From assembly GCA_964019335.1 (NCBI GenBank), contig OZ025682.1:372001-436000 (forward strand): 64,000 nucleotides of DNA. The letters are read 5' to 3'. A program made the translations under genes and the position numbers. The DNA comes from Diplonema japonicum. Its lineage: Eukaryota > Protista > Euglenozoa: Diplonemea. Positions 22,901-33,700 of the stretch are shown here, in pieces; positions within the stretch are counted from its first letter, which is position 1, and every line of letters starts with the position of its first letter. Below the pieces are notes generated by a model. The model made no database searches. It had not been told where the DNA came from and saw nothing but the letters and a program-made list of their open reading frames with translations.

Positions 22901-24231
22901 GACTGGTCTCGGGAACCGTCGTCAACAGCATCGCAGGGTACTGCTGCGTCCCGAACTTCATTGTCGTTCCAATGGCACCAAAACTGATCAAACCAGTGGA
23001 ATTATCATACCCACGGCCTGTTGGTGTGTTGAGGGTGACTGTGGAGTCTGCTCTGCACCTTATTGCAGGCGACACCAGTATCACAGGTGCAGGGAGCAGC
23101 GACTCGTATGTGAACATCCGTGTTGGGTCGCAAACATTTGCAAGCGAGCAGGAAACATCACTCAACCCCGTCTGGAAGGTAAACAACACAAGGGACTTCG
23201 TCATCCACGACATGGACCAGTGTGTGGACATGGAGGTGTTCGATGCAGATGGCGTGCTGGGCGGCTCAGATGACTCACTTGGCGCCGTTCACTCCAAGGA
23301 AACGGTCATCGGCGGCGGTGTTGACCTGATCCGAAGGGGGATCCCTGTGAAGGCCCTGTTGCGCTTAGGCGCGAAAGCATGCTTGGCATTGACAAAGAAG
23401 GTGAAAGATGAGGTCAGCTCCTCCGATTCCCACGTCGTGTTCGAGTCAGTTCCCGTAAAGGGGAACGATGGGCAGGAGTCGCAGCTTATCGTGACCCCGT
23501 CATGGTTGAACATTGTGAACGATGGAACGAGGAACTTGGCGTACCTGTTGGAGGTTCAGGTTGATGAGGTGACGGGCATGCCGTCACCGGTGGAGCGGGA
23601 CTTCTCGGGCCCGTTTAAAATCAAGGCAACGATCGGACCGCACAACGTTGTAAGCAAAGCAGGCGCAGCACGCCCTGTCAACGTGGACACCGCACAGCTC
23701 CTCAAAACCATTGTGAAAATGAACGAATCCGGCGTCTCACTAAACGACATCTCTGTCGCAACAGAACTTGACACCACTGTCGTTGAAAAGGCGCTTGTCT
23801 TGAAAGATGGCGAGGAGGAAAAATGGGGCGCAACGGCAAATAAATGCATCACGAAAAACAAGGCCGCCGAAAACCCTCAATTCAACCAGAGGCTCTACCA
23901 AGTCGTTCCCATCGAAGAAGACCACGAGGCAGCCCAAGAAGGCCGCTGGCACTGCCCCATCGAACTCTCCATCCTTTCAAAGGACGACGCCGAAATTGTC
24001 AAGACAACCATCACCTACGATGTGGCGTCCAACAAAACCTCAGAGGGTGCCCCTTCAATTATCCATGGCCCCTTCACCATCCCTGTTAGCATCGAAGATG
24101 AGTCCTCAGGTGGATTGATGTCCATGATTGGATTCGGGTCAAAGAAGCAGGAACCATACAATGGTAAGTGGACTGTCCACGGGAGTATCTTGTTGGAAGG
24201 CTTGAAGCAGCGGGTCATGGATGCTGATTAA
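19903..24231 (+). CDS. Extended-synaptotagmin-like protein with two SMP-C2 modules and an N-terminal dual-acylation motif
   Basis: Two SMP units (EGLEWMTAMLEVLWP...VVPNFIAVPM and ETIEWVNLLIIAMWP...CVPNFIVVPM), each followed by a C2 domain (DPYVQIKVG; SDSYVNIRVG). It starts MGACACG and has no N-terminal hydrophobic helix. Confidence 0.85.
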   Translation: MGACACGEKKPPTGKTQISADQQAKINETTAVVKAEVKEDVKEAIEEAEKAQADETKSPEEKKEAKRKVKKAKKRLSKLEVLERAREVESMTLDDYNTAIRRLHSVTGEDPTNPGKKMCLPEGLEWMTAMLEVLWPSIRKYTEKTMREQVQPAISRAVVAYGVTCDITNFDLGENSPGFGPISARRVEGLNGQPDGGLELSLGITYRSNMSITLSTSVGTIGVQNINFLGTLFIWLRPFVDEMPLCGGVEMAFVNPPTIELDWTGFVGNTMDFSGLQTKVRDIIDSSVASYCVVPNFIAVPMHPSVDPAKLKCPQPEGIMRLTVVGANDLPSTDFGGGCDPYVQIKVGAQTWKTKSVQNTTCPQWEETHDFLVYNQDQWVVVDVLDHDLNASDLIGTVKHLPVNRIVKRGLAEVPLTKDGLPLIGEDTDGDDTPPCTIQLKAQWIEINDSTPANDDRLVSVHISEIKGLPTGLETPLKIKASVGTSEGLTKGGVAKPGSWSDSEEVLRLIRTQKGIPAAEVASMLSLEGNEELIERALAQHDDEWLLQADSSMASWWMKNSYLLNWQAFPTEQDAEKDDRVQWAGSSEETNWPLCSKDELNKRKAYFTAAADVADWHYKITTNLKAHKAATEPYYEYVMHMHANSVDDVKLEILNKSGAVVGSTTLTVTDNAVGDEPDLVGPFEVDVNGTKCLVHGSATVKSLVVATELPSNWNLKADAIDSKEFIAWWKDEVYLEDWHYNKEEGTKWTAIDWRAGKKDRASEEELAKRVEYYHEGADHVIGSGVTPSKEGALMACLKAGAITWGDYDVLIGKLRGEPNVPTIAETIEWVNLLIIAMWPNIKAYTETMVRTKVEPQVSKAAKDAGAGMKMIGLDVKLPKVDLGTKPPHFNTIQVEKIAKKNGWGGDYDGMILTLHNASFVSDIDIEVEVIVTSALGTKTMKLGVKNVLFRGTIKTIMKPMLPTLPMIGAVQVTMPNPPELVMDFTGLTDALVDKIPSMNRLVSGTVVNSIAGYCCVPNFIVVPMAPKLIKPVELSYPRPVGVLRVTVESALHLIAGDTSITGAGSSDSYVNIRVGSQTFASEQETSLNPVWKVNNTRDFVIHDMDQCVDMEVFDADGVLGGSDDSLGAVHSKETVIGGGVDLIRRGIPVKALLRLGAKACLALTKKVKDEVSSSDSHVVFESVPVKGNDGQESQLIVTPSWLNIVNDGTRNLAYLLEVQVDEVTGMPSPVERDFSGPFKIKATIGPHNVVSKAGAARPVNVDTAQLLKTIVKMNESGVSLNDISVATELDTTVVEKALVLKDGEEEKWGATANKCITKNKAAENPQFNQRLYQVVPIEEDHEAAQEGRWHCPIELSILSKDDAEIVKTTITYDVASNKTSEGAPSIIHGPFTIPVSIEDESSGGLMSMIGFGSKKQEPYNGKWTVHGSILLEGLKQRVMDAD

Positions 24232-24732
24232 AACAATTTTTTTTTTTTTTTTTTTTTTGGCAACGTTGAAAATAAACATTTTTTTGAAGGGGATGGGAAA
24301 AAGACAAAAAAAAGAGAAGTGTACACATTTTTTTTTATTTTTTTTTAATCCACAACACATACGATCCAACGAACGGGAGGTGTGGGAGGGGGAAGGGAGG
24401 GAAAGTTGACTAGTCTCCTCCCTTCTACCTTTTTTTTATTGACACTTTTGTTAAACAGCTAGACCTAGGACGGTTGCTGTTAAGAGAATTTAAAAAGAAA
24501 ATATTAAAAACTAAAACAAAGTGTTAATTGTACGACCCCCCCCCCCCCCCCCCCCCCACCCAGATAACACCTCCCTTCTTCTTCCTCCTACTCTTCCCCA
24601 CCCCCCCGTAAAAAAGAAAGATATAAAACCAGAATTTGCTCTGTTTTAAATCCCCCCCCCCTCCTGTTTTCTTTATTCCCCCCTGCACTTCACACGATCC
24701 GAAGAACAAAAAGGAGAAAAGAAGAAAAGAAA

Positions 24733-25941
24733 ATGCTGCCCAAACAAGGTGATTCGATAGCAGAAAAAATAGGTTTGGAGAGGAACTCGATTTGGGAAAG
24801 GGCCCCGACCGGGCGGTGGAAGGAGCTTTGCAAGCTTCCAGAGATGGCGCATTTTTACACAGTACAGCCTATATGGTACATTATGTGTCATGGTGTGAGG
24901 CATCCTATTCCACTGCCGGTGTCGAGGACCATTGAGTCGGACTTTGTGAGGAAAAAAACAAGCGTAGATATACCAGCAAGCCCTGCACTGAGGTTTGGAA
25001 GATGCGCCATTGACTTCACGACAGGACAGTACGGGCAGATTACTTTGCAACACGATCCCATAAGAGACAATAAATACGGGTACGTGCCCGTGCCTTCCAG
25101 TGGGACGTTTCTACTGGACCGTTCTCAGCGCGACGAATCCGGGAAGTTTTTTCAAGCCGCCGTGACGTATTTCACGTCGCTGTTTAAATACATTCTGCAC
25201 AGGAACAACCCTGAGACAGACGCTCCGCTGGTTGATCTGCGTGTTGACTGTCAGAACACCTTCAAAGCATTCCACTGCCAATACACTCGAATCCTTTTGG
25301 CGTACAAGTTCAACAGCACCGCTCATGAAAGGGGTTTTTACGAGTTTTTATACCTGTCCACCATAAAAATTCTGCGGAGATTCTTTCGTTACTACAAACT
25401 GCACGGGGTTATAGAGGAAGTCGTTAATAAGCTATTTCGGTCTGACAGTTTTACATTCGGTTTTAGGAAACAGCAGGTTGAGTGGGATAATCTTGTAGAT
25501 TTTCTTCACCCGCAGACTGAGTGGAACACAGAGGAGAGCGAGCTGGGTGGATCGGCCACGCCTGCGTTGTCTACAAGAACGACTTCGTCTTCAAGAAGCT
25601 TCGCCATGGAGCGGAAGTTCACACACTTGGTTGACCCACGAAAGATTTCCCTCAGCAGGGCTATGCAGTCACGCTCCCTCCTGATGACCTACCGGTACCC
25701 AGACACAAAAATGTCCGTTGATCTTCTGTCGGAGAAGTCCTATAAACCCAGAAAAGCTCCTCCATCAGCGCCGTTTTCCCCAAACTCCACCTTCACAGCT
25801 CCTAAAATCGGGGCGTCACACACCATATCCTCACAGGACTACCAACGCCTTGTTGAAGAACGGCTCATGCCGCACGACAGGCTGGACGATATTTCAATCC
25901 CATATGACGCGTTATCTGAGTTCTTTGCTGACCCTCGGTGA
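24733..25941 (+). CDS. PPP1R36-like (protein phosphatase 1 regulatory subunit 36-type) protein
   Basis: ERGFYEFLY...IEEVVNKLFRSDSF resembles the conserved FFExLY...IExExxRLFRSxxF block of PPP1R36; family call made from memory. Confidence 0.55.
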   Translation: MLPKQGDSIAEKIGLERNSIWERAPTGRWKELCKLPEMAHFYTVQPIWYIMCHGVRHPIPLPVSRTIESDFVRKKTSVDIPASPALRFGRCAIDFTTGQYGQITLQHDPIRDNKYGYVPVPSSGTFLLDRSQRDESGKFFQAAVTYFTSLFKYILHRNNPETDAPLVDLRVDCQNTFKAFHCQYTRILLAYKFNSTAHERGFYEFLYLSTIKILRRFFRYYKLHGVIEEVVNKLFRSDSFTFGFRKQQVEWDNLVDFLHPQTEWNTEESELGGSATPALSTRTTSSSRSFAMERKFTHLVDPRKISLSRAMQSRSLLMTYRYPDTKMSVDLLSEKSYKPRKAPPSAPFSPNSTFTAPKIGASHTISSQDYQRLVEERLMPHDRLDDISIPYDALSEFFADPR

Positions 25942-26085
25942 CCGGTTGTTGAAATGTTTCTCTTTTTTTTTTTTTTTACTTTACAGTAAGATTTTTTTTT
26001 CACCCCTTTTTCTTTCTTTCTTCTTTTGTCCGTTTTTTTTTTTTCTCTCTCGCGCTGAAGTTATCTCACAGACCGTGGTGGGGAA

Positions 26086-27648
26086 ATGAACGGCGTCGAA
26101 TCGGTAGCCGTGATGGCCAACGGCAAGCCCACCCATCAAGTCCCCGCCGATGACTACGAAGAGCTGGTGAAAATAGCACAGGAACACGTCTCATTGCTGA
26201 GGGAGATCTTCAAGGGCGATTCGGATTACAGAAGGTACGAGAAGGCATGGTGGGCGAAGCGGGTCTGCCTGAGCAGCGAAGAGGCGCTTGCAGTAAATTG
26301 CCTAGAATACCGCGACGGGCTGGTGACAACATACAAAGACGGCAGCGTCGTAACAAAAGGCGCTTTCACCATAATATACGACAGTGTGAAGGTGTACAGC
26401 AGCAGCAACGTGGTGGTGGACGAGTTCAAGATCCGTGATATTAAGGAAATGTACCATGACGAGAGACGCGGGGTGCTCAAGATAGAGCTCACACCTGTTC
26501 AAGGGTTCGAGCTTGCTGCGGAGGACCAAGCGGTCCTGCGTTCTATTTACTACAATTTGCTTCTACGCCACCCTGAGTCCAACACGTCAGCAGACCCTGT
26601 GAGTGTTGCAGAGGCGAAGGTGAAACGGGGCATCCCTACTCACGTGCATCCCCCTGAGGCGCATCAACCCGACCTCATTTCCACCTTGGCACTCCAACAG
26701 GCGCAGCTTGAGAAATTATCACTTAGCGTGAATCACCTCCAGCAGCGGCAACCCCCGGCACCTCTTCCTGCTGTCCCGCTTCCTGCATCGTCCGCTTACT
26801 TGGACGTTTCTAAGCGGCCGTTTATCCACAGTGCACGAAGGGCCGTGGTGTGCAACATCACCTACGCCGGCACACTGCACGCCATTCCAGACGGTCATAA
26901 AAACCTCTCCAACATCAGTGATTTCCTCTGCGCAAGAGGCTTTGGTGGCGACAAGGTCATGCTCACTGACTCCGACCCGAGAGCCATCCCTACAAAGCGC
27001 AACATATTAAAGGCTATGGCATGGCTTGTGGAAGGCGCCAACCCAGGGGATTCACTATTCTTGTCAATATGCGGACATGGCGGGCAGAAGCTAGGTGAGG
27101 GGCATGGCATTCCAGAAGGCTTATGCCCGGCCGACTATCAAAAGGTGGGTGTCATCACGGGCGACGAGATCCGCAGTGTGTTGCAGCTTCCTGAAGGCGT
27201 GCGGCTCACTGTGGTTAACGAGCTGAGCCAGGGAGGCAACATCCTTGCACTGCCCTACAACGTCGTGAAGGGTGAGTCGTACGAGGCACTTGCCGGCAAC
27301 CTCAGCTACCCTTACCACGGTGGGACACTTCTCGTTGTCGGATGTTTGAAAGACGGTGCAGGCGGTCGAGAATCCATCACCACAGCTTACTGCAAGGCCA
27401 TGAACCATTTACCTGAAATGACTGCCGCACAGCTGCTTTCTGCCATGCAGCAGGCCCTCACACAATACCCTACATCTCCTATGATCTCTTCTTATGCACC
27501 TGTTCCCTTTGACCTTCCCGTCTCACTTGGCATCCAACCTGCTACGTACGTCCCTTCCAAGGGAACTGACAAAGACGCCCTTGCCGCGTACCACTCTACT
27601 GAGATTGGCTCGTGGCAGCCCTCCCGTCCCCTAGAGTCTTCTTACTAG
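26086..27648 (+). CDS. Metacaspase-like protein (C14B), probable pseudopeptidase, with N-terminal extension
   Basis: RRAVVCNITY, PTKRNILKAMAWLV...GDSLFLSICGHGGQ, LCPADY and LPEGVRLTVV motifs. The catalytic DxCHSG motif reads ELSQGG. Confidence 0.85.
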   Translation: MNGVESVAVMANGKPTHQVPADDYEELVKIAQEHVSLLREIFKGDSDYRRYEKAWWAKRVCLSSEEALAVNCLEYRDGLVTTYKDGSVVTKGAFTIIYDSVKVYSSSNVVVDEFKIRDIKEMYHDERRGVLKIELTPVQGFELAAEDQAVLRSIYYNLLLRHPESNTSADPVSVAEAKVKRGIPTHVHPPEAHQPDLISTLALQQAQLEKLSLSVNHLQQRQPPAPLPAVPLPASSAYLDVSKRPFIHSARRAVVCNITYAGTLHAIPDGHKNLSNISDFLCARGFGGDKVMLTDSDPRAIPTKRNILKAMAWLVEGANPGDSLFLSICGHGGQKLGEGHGIPEGLCPADYQKVGVITGDEIRSVLQLPEGVRLTVVNELSQGGNILALPYNVVKGESYEALAGNLSYPYHGGTLLVVGCLKDGAGGRESITTAYCKAMNHLPEMTAAQLLSAMQQALTQYPTSPMISSYAPVPFDLPVSLGIQPATYVPSKGTDKDALAAYHSTEIGSWQPSRPLESSY

Positions 27649-27774
27649 ATATGCTGTATTTCTTTTTTTTTTTTGTGGTTGGTTACATGCACTATTTCCA
27701 TCAATACTGATACTTTTCTTTCCACGTGTTGTTACTTTACAAAGGCAAAACCTAAAACAAAACAAAAAAAGAAA

Positions 27775-30700
27775 ATGAACATGCAATCCCTGCTGCTATG
27801 CGCAGCAGTGTCTGTCGCATCTGCGACACTGTGCTACGACACTGGCTCGTCTGAGTACATCGTGCAGCACGGGAAGGGGTGCGGGAGGGGGAGGGACTAC
27901 ACTCTCCCTGGCGACGCAGGGACGCATAAGAATCTGAGGGTTGTGGAAACGGATTCTAGCACTCTTTGCCAAGAACTGTGCCACACCAACGAGAACTGCA
28001 AAGGGTTCGAATGGCAGACCTATGACGAGGCCACCGGTCAGCCCCTCGTGACACCAAAGTGCTCTTTTCGAACGGACACCGACACGATGGTGGACGCAGA
28101 GCACAGCACCTGCTTCAGGAAGTCTCTTGGTGGGGCGTACAAGTTCTGCGCACGTGAGGGTGGGACCTGTTCCTGCAGCACCGAGGCACGATTCGGGAAG
28201 GACGGGGCATGGGTTCACGTTCCGATCAGTGGTTCCAACACGATTGCCTGCACTGCTGAACAGTTCAACGTGAAGACAACTGAAGAAGGACGCGAGTGCC
28301 AGTGCGCTTCACACGACGGCCTCGAGCTCCTCCTCGACGCTGCGAACTACGTGAGTGGCGACGAGTGGCTTGATGAGTCGGGGAACGGACACAACGCGTA
28401 CCTTGCCTTTCCTTACGAGAAGGATCAGGACACTGCTCCTGAATTCGTTCCCGGGTTCCGTGCACCGGCACACTTCACCTTTGACGGGAAGAACGACTAC
28501 ATTGCACTCAAAGACATGCACTTCAGTACCGAAAAGCACCTCTCCGCCTTCTCCATCAGCATCTTGTTCCGCACAACCTGGACACACTCGAGCATCGATA
28601 GCAACTGGGCACTCATCGACTTCGACCGCAGCGAGTTCTTCAATGTGTTCGTGCGAGCCACCGACGGCTTCATTTCGTTCTCGTCTCACGGCAAGGATGG
28701 CATCAACGACCTGAACGGAAAGGTGAAGGTGAACGACGGTGAGTGGCACTGGGTAACAGTGACCTACAGCATGGCACAGCAGCAGAAGAGCATCTACGTG
28801 GATGGTGTTCTGGACAGTGTGAAGACTGGAGTTCACGAGACTGGCGTCGGTTCCTCGAAGACCAGGTACGGCATGGTGGGCGAGGGATCCGAGTCGAGCA
28901 CCCAGTTTGGCAGTGGCAACGGCATCTACTTCCATGGTGACATTTCCCGCATTGAAATCTACACCTCCATCCTCGACTCCAGCACCCTGGCAAGGAGCAC
29001 TAGCAATGGGGCACCAATCGGGGAGCAAGCAACTTGTGATACCATCCCCGGTGGGAAGTGTGTGTGGGTCTCTGACAAGCTTAAGAAGGGTGACACGTAC
29101 TACTTTGCCCATGCTGGTAAGAGTGGTGACTCTGTGAGGTACATCACCGGTACTGACCCCACTGTCTTGTTTCCACATGCTGCCTTTACTGACATGCCCC
29201 CACAGACCACGACCGTGCGTGTCGTTCTTGAGGAGGGTTGCATGAAGGAGGACAAGCTGGAAGCGGGATGGCTCGAAGCTGGTGTTACTTCTTCATACGA
29301 CTCGTGTTCCTTGACCCTTCAAGGCCAGGCTGATGTCACCAAGTGGCAGAAGATGGTTCGTTCCATTGTGTTCTCGACAGGGTCAGAGGACTTCCATGAA
29401 AGACGCATCTCTTGGAACTTCGGTGATCAGATCTACAGCAGCGAGACTGGGCACTATTACCAATTCCTCCATCATGCTGGTGTCACGTGGCACGAGGCGA
29501 AAGATCTATGTGAGAAGACACCGCTGCTCGGTCAGCCAGGGTACCTTGTGACTGTGACGTCTGCGATCGAGAACAATGTGGTGAAAACACGTCTGCACGG
29601 CGAGGGGTGGATCGGTCTGTCTGATGCCGAGACTGAGGGTGAATGGCGTTGGGTGACTGGGCCCGAAGGTCTTGAGGACAGTGGAAAAGGGCGCATTGTT
29701 GGGTACGGGACACGCGACTTCAAACCGCACCACGGAGAGTTCAGTCAATGGGCAGGTGGTGAACCCAATGATTATGGGGACAATGAGGACTACGGGCACT
29801 ACCTCGCCAGCGGTGACTGGAATGACTACCCTGAGGACAAGAACAAGATCCAGGGATACGTGTGCGAGTGGGGCGGTCTTGGTGGCGCCCCTGTGGCTGA
29901 CCCGTACCACGGCACGGTGATGGTCCGCTTGGAGGGGTGCATTGTGAAGCCATGCAACCATGACAAGAAGAACTACTGCCTCAGGGAGAAGGGGTGCAGC
30001 TGGAGCACCGGAAGTGCCACATGCTACCCAACCTGTCCTGACAACTACTTCTCTGAGCTGTGCAATGTTTACTGCCACCCCAAGGAGACGTGCTCTGGGA
30101 AGGGGAAGTGCAACAACGATGGTAAGTGCACATGTGACAAGGAATGGGGCGGCCCGACGTGCAGCTGGCCCCTTCACCAGTGCAAGGCTTGGGGTGACCA
30201 GCACTACAGCAACTTCGACGACGAGAAATTTGACTTCCACGGAGTTCCGCAGTCCACAAACCTTGGTAACCCTGTCGGGCGCTTTGTTGTGTACGAGAGG
30301 GGAAGCTACAAGATCATCGCACAGCACTACAGATGCAGTGGGACAGACAAGCGCCCCATCGGGTGCATGAAGCAGATCCGCTTTGTGGCAGGTGCATGGA
30401 GCATGGAGATCAATGTGGACTTCGGGCAGTCGCCTTCCGAGTATGGTATCATCCATGTTTCGAATGGCACGAGTTCCTACAACGTGGATGCAGTGGCTAT
30501 GGGGAGGGCGAGTACTCTCCCTATGTTGATTGGTGATGTGGCCCTTGTGAAAATTGACCTGTTAAAGGAGCGTGTAAAATACACCTTTGAGCTTCCCAAC
30601 GAGAAGGACGTCTACACGAGGGTGAAGCTGGCGCAGGACAACTCGTGGAGGGCACCTTACATGAATATCTATGTGGACCACTTCGGAAGCACCCATGGTG

Positions 30701-33700
30701 TGAGCGGTCTGTGCACTGGGTCGTGTGACAGCTCAGTAACAACGACAGGATGGGGCAAGGACTGTACAAAACCCTTTGCCGATCAGTTCGACTGCAAGGG
30801 GACTGACTGTAATTTCGGGACTGTTATCCGTGACGCTGACATCAAGTTCTGCCAAGGCCTCCCCATGGGACAGGGTGGATGCACTGTTGACAGTTTGGGC
30901 TGCGACAACAACATGGTTGCGTTGGACTGGGCACGCTCCTGCTGTGATAAATTCAAATCTTGCGCCGGCGAGGACCAGTACAAGCAGTGTGTGGTGGAGA
31001 ACTGCAACATGGGGTGGGTGGAGCAGGAGAAGTACTCAAAATGTGTTGACGCTGTTAAGGGTGCCTTGCTCGAGAGCAACGAGTGCCAGAGCGAGGTCTG
31101 CATGCAAGGGAAAAACCGAGGCGGTCCTGACTGCAACGAATGCCTCCCCGACTACTACGGTCCGGACTGTGATAAGTATTGCAACAGGGAAATCACGTGC
31201 AGCGGCCATGGGACTTGCAGCGCACAGGGGCAGTGCTGGTGTGAGCAGGGTTTTTGGTCGAACGATGAAAAGAACGGGAGGTACTGCTTGCATGTGTGTG
31301 AAGCGCAGAGCTCGAAGGTGAAGTGTGACGCGCGTGGCAAGACAACATGCAGGTGGAGCACTGCTGAGAGCCGTTGCATGAAGGCCTGTCCAAAGGGGTA
31401 CTTCGGACTGAACTGCAAGACAGCTTGCAACCCAAAGACCACTTGCTCCAATCACGGGAGCTGTGACAAAGATGGAAAGTGCGTGTGCAAAGTTGGATGG
31501 GGTGGAGAGGACTGTGGGATGGGGAAGTACACCTGCAGTGCTTGGGGTGACCCGCACTACACAAGCTTCGAAGGGGAGAGGTTTGACTTCTTTGGACCTG
31601 GCTACGAAATGGTCGGTGGGCAGAAGATGGACATCGCGTACGAGGTGTACGGGAAGGGGTCCCTGCATGTTCAAGGTAAGAACTGGAAATGTAACGAAAA
31701 CGGAACCTGCATGAAGAAGCTCTCAATCTGGGATGAACGTGGTGGTACTGTAGAGATGCGCATCGATGGGTCGCTGAGGGTGAACTGCACAGAGTACAGC
31801 TCCGCACAGGTTCAAGAGATGCTCCGCTTCGGCGACTGGGTGGTTCTCCCCAGGAACTGCAATGGGAACACATCATGTGAAGAGGTATCACCGCTTCGCC
31901 TCACTGCGGCGAAAAAGACCAATCTCGGGAAGGGCAAGGCACCCGCATTCTTCTTCGAGATCGGGAAGACGAACCCAGAGCTCAAGATAGACGTCTCGAC
32001 ACACTCTTGGGGTGCCATTGATTCGTATTTTACACACTTCGGTGACCACCCTGTGAAGGAAGGCGTGGTGGGGCTCTGTCACGGCAAGCCTGGGAGCGGG
32101 AAGCCTGGCACTGGTGAACCTGGTTGCTTCACGGACGACCAGAGCTCGTGCCCTCAAGGCGGCACGCCACCTTACGGACACTGCAAGACGGGACCTCCCA
32201 GGTGTGCTGTGGTAAACCCCCCCACCTGTTGGAGTGGTGTTCCTGACTCAGAGTGTGGCTTTTGTGACACGGACAACAAGCCCGATCCGCCCATGACGAT
32301 CTGGAGGTGCGACGACCCTGCCTCGAAGCTGCAGGTGGAGGAGTGTTGCAAGCAACGCAAGTCGTGCAAGGATGGGAATGGGGATGGGAACGGGGGGAGC
32401 GCGTACGAGCAGTGTGTTTGGGACGAGTGTGCACTCGGGGAAGACAACAAGTGTCTGGACAACCATGGGGCGGCCCTCGCCTTCGACGACCAGTCGATGG
32501 AGGAGTCGTGTGCGTGCGAGGACCCCCACATGGCGATCGATTACGAGACGGGACTCTGCACCGCCTGCAAGCCCGGTTGGTACCCAGGGAACGGGAAGCA
32601 GTGTGCAAAGTTCTGTGATGCTGCTGTGACGTGCAACAACCATGGGTCGTGTGATGGTGGTGGCTACTGCTGGTGCGACGAGGGATATGAGGGGGACGAG
32701 TGTCTCGCATTCAACGGTGTCCCTCCTCAGAGCAAGGCTTGTGCGGACCAGGGGGACATGCAGTCGTGTGATGGGGTAACTGGCTGCATGTGGGCTGACG
32801 AAATACTTGCCTGTTTCAGGAAGACCGGCAAGACGACAAAGCAGTGCTGGGAGTACTTCAACGAGGCGGAATGTGGCTCAGGGGGGTGCTTCTGGGAGAC
32901 GAGGGAAAAGGAGGAATGGCTGGAAGGCACGTGCGTTGTGTCGCGCCCTCCCCGTGAAGTGATCCCGACCGACTGCGGCGACAACTGCCCACAGTGGTTC
33001 ACACCTGTGAAGGGGAATGTGCAGAAGCTCGGATGTCTCGAAGATGAGTGCACACCGCCTCGGGAGGGTGACAAGGTGTTCGTGAACGTGACGGGCTTCC
33101 CTTCGAACAAGGTGTTCCAGCCATCGTGTGCAGCAGCCGCCGAAGCCATGCTTCAGGGGAAGACCACTGAGGAGCAGCAGCTGTGCCAGGACGGCTGGGC
33201 ACTTGTGATTGACAGCAGCACTTCGTGCGATACCTTTTACGATCAGAAGATAACCTCGGAGATGCCCTACCCCACAAGGGTGTATCGCAGCTACTATCTC
33301 AACGAGACGACAAGGGTGTCGCCCCTTGTGTCCCACTGGGACCACCAAGACGAGAACCTTCACGGGTACAAGATCTGCTACGTCCCTCTGAGGCCCGCAA
33401 ACGCGGACCCCAAACTCTTTGTGCCGGTATGATTTCGAATCTAAACTTTAAAAAAAAAAAAAAAACACACACACAACAACAGTCCACCGTTGCAGCCAGG
33501 TCGTGCCCTGGGAATTATGACTTTGACCCGAGAGGTGAGTGCACCACCTGCAAGGATGGGTGGTATGGAGTGGAATGCAACGTGTACTGCACGGCGCAGT
33601 CCTCCTGCCACGGCCACGGGACGTGCAAGGAAATCCCCAGGAGCGGAGACGTGTGCACGTGCGATTCCGGGTGGGTGGACGAGGTGGGGATGGCCGAGGA

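Noticed and set aside
33225-33482. Programmed frameshift or separate 408-aa gene overlapping the receptor ORF (also 41180 and 49742)
   Set aside because: Explained by a position-conserved GTATGA...ACAG intron in all three copies.
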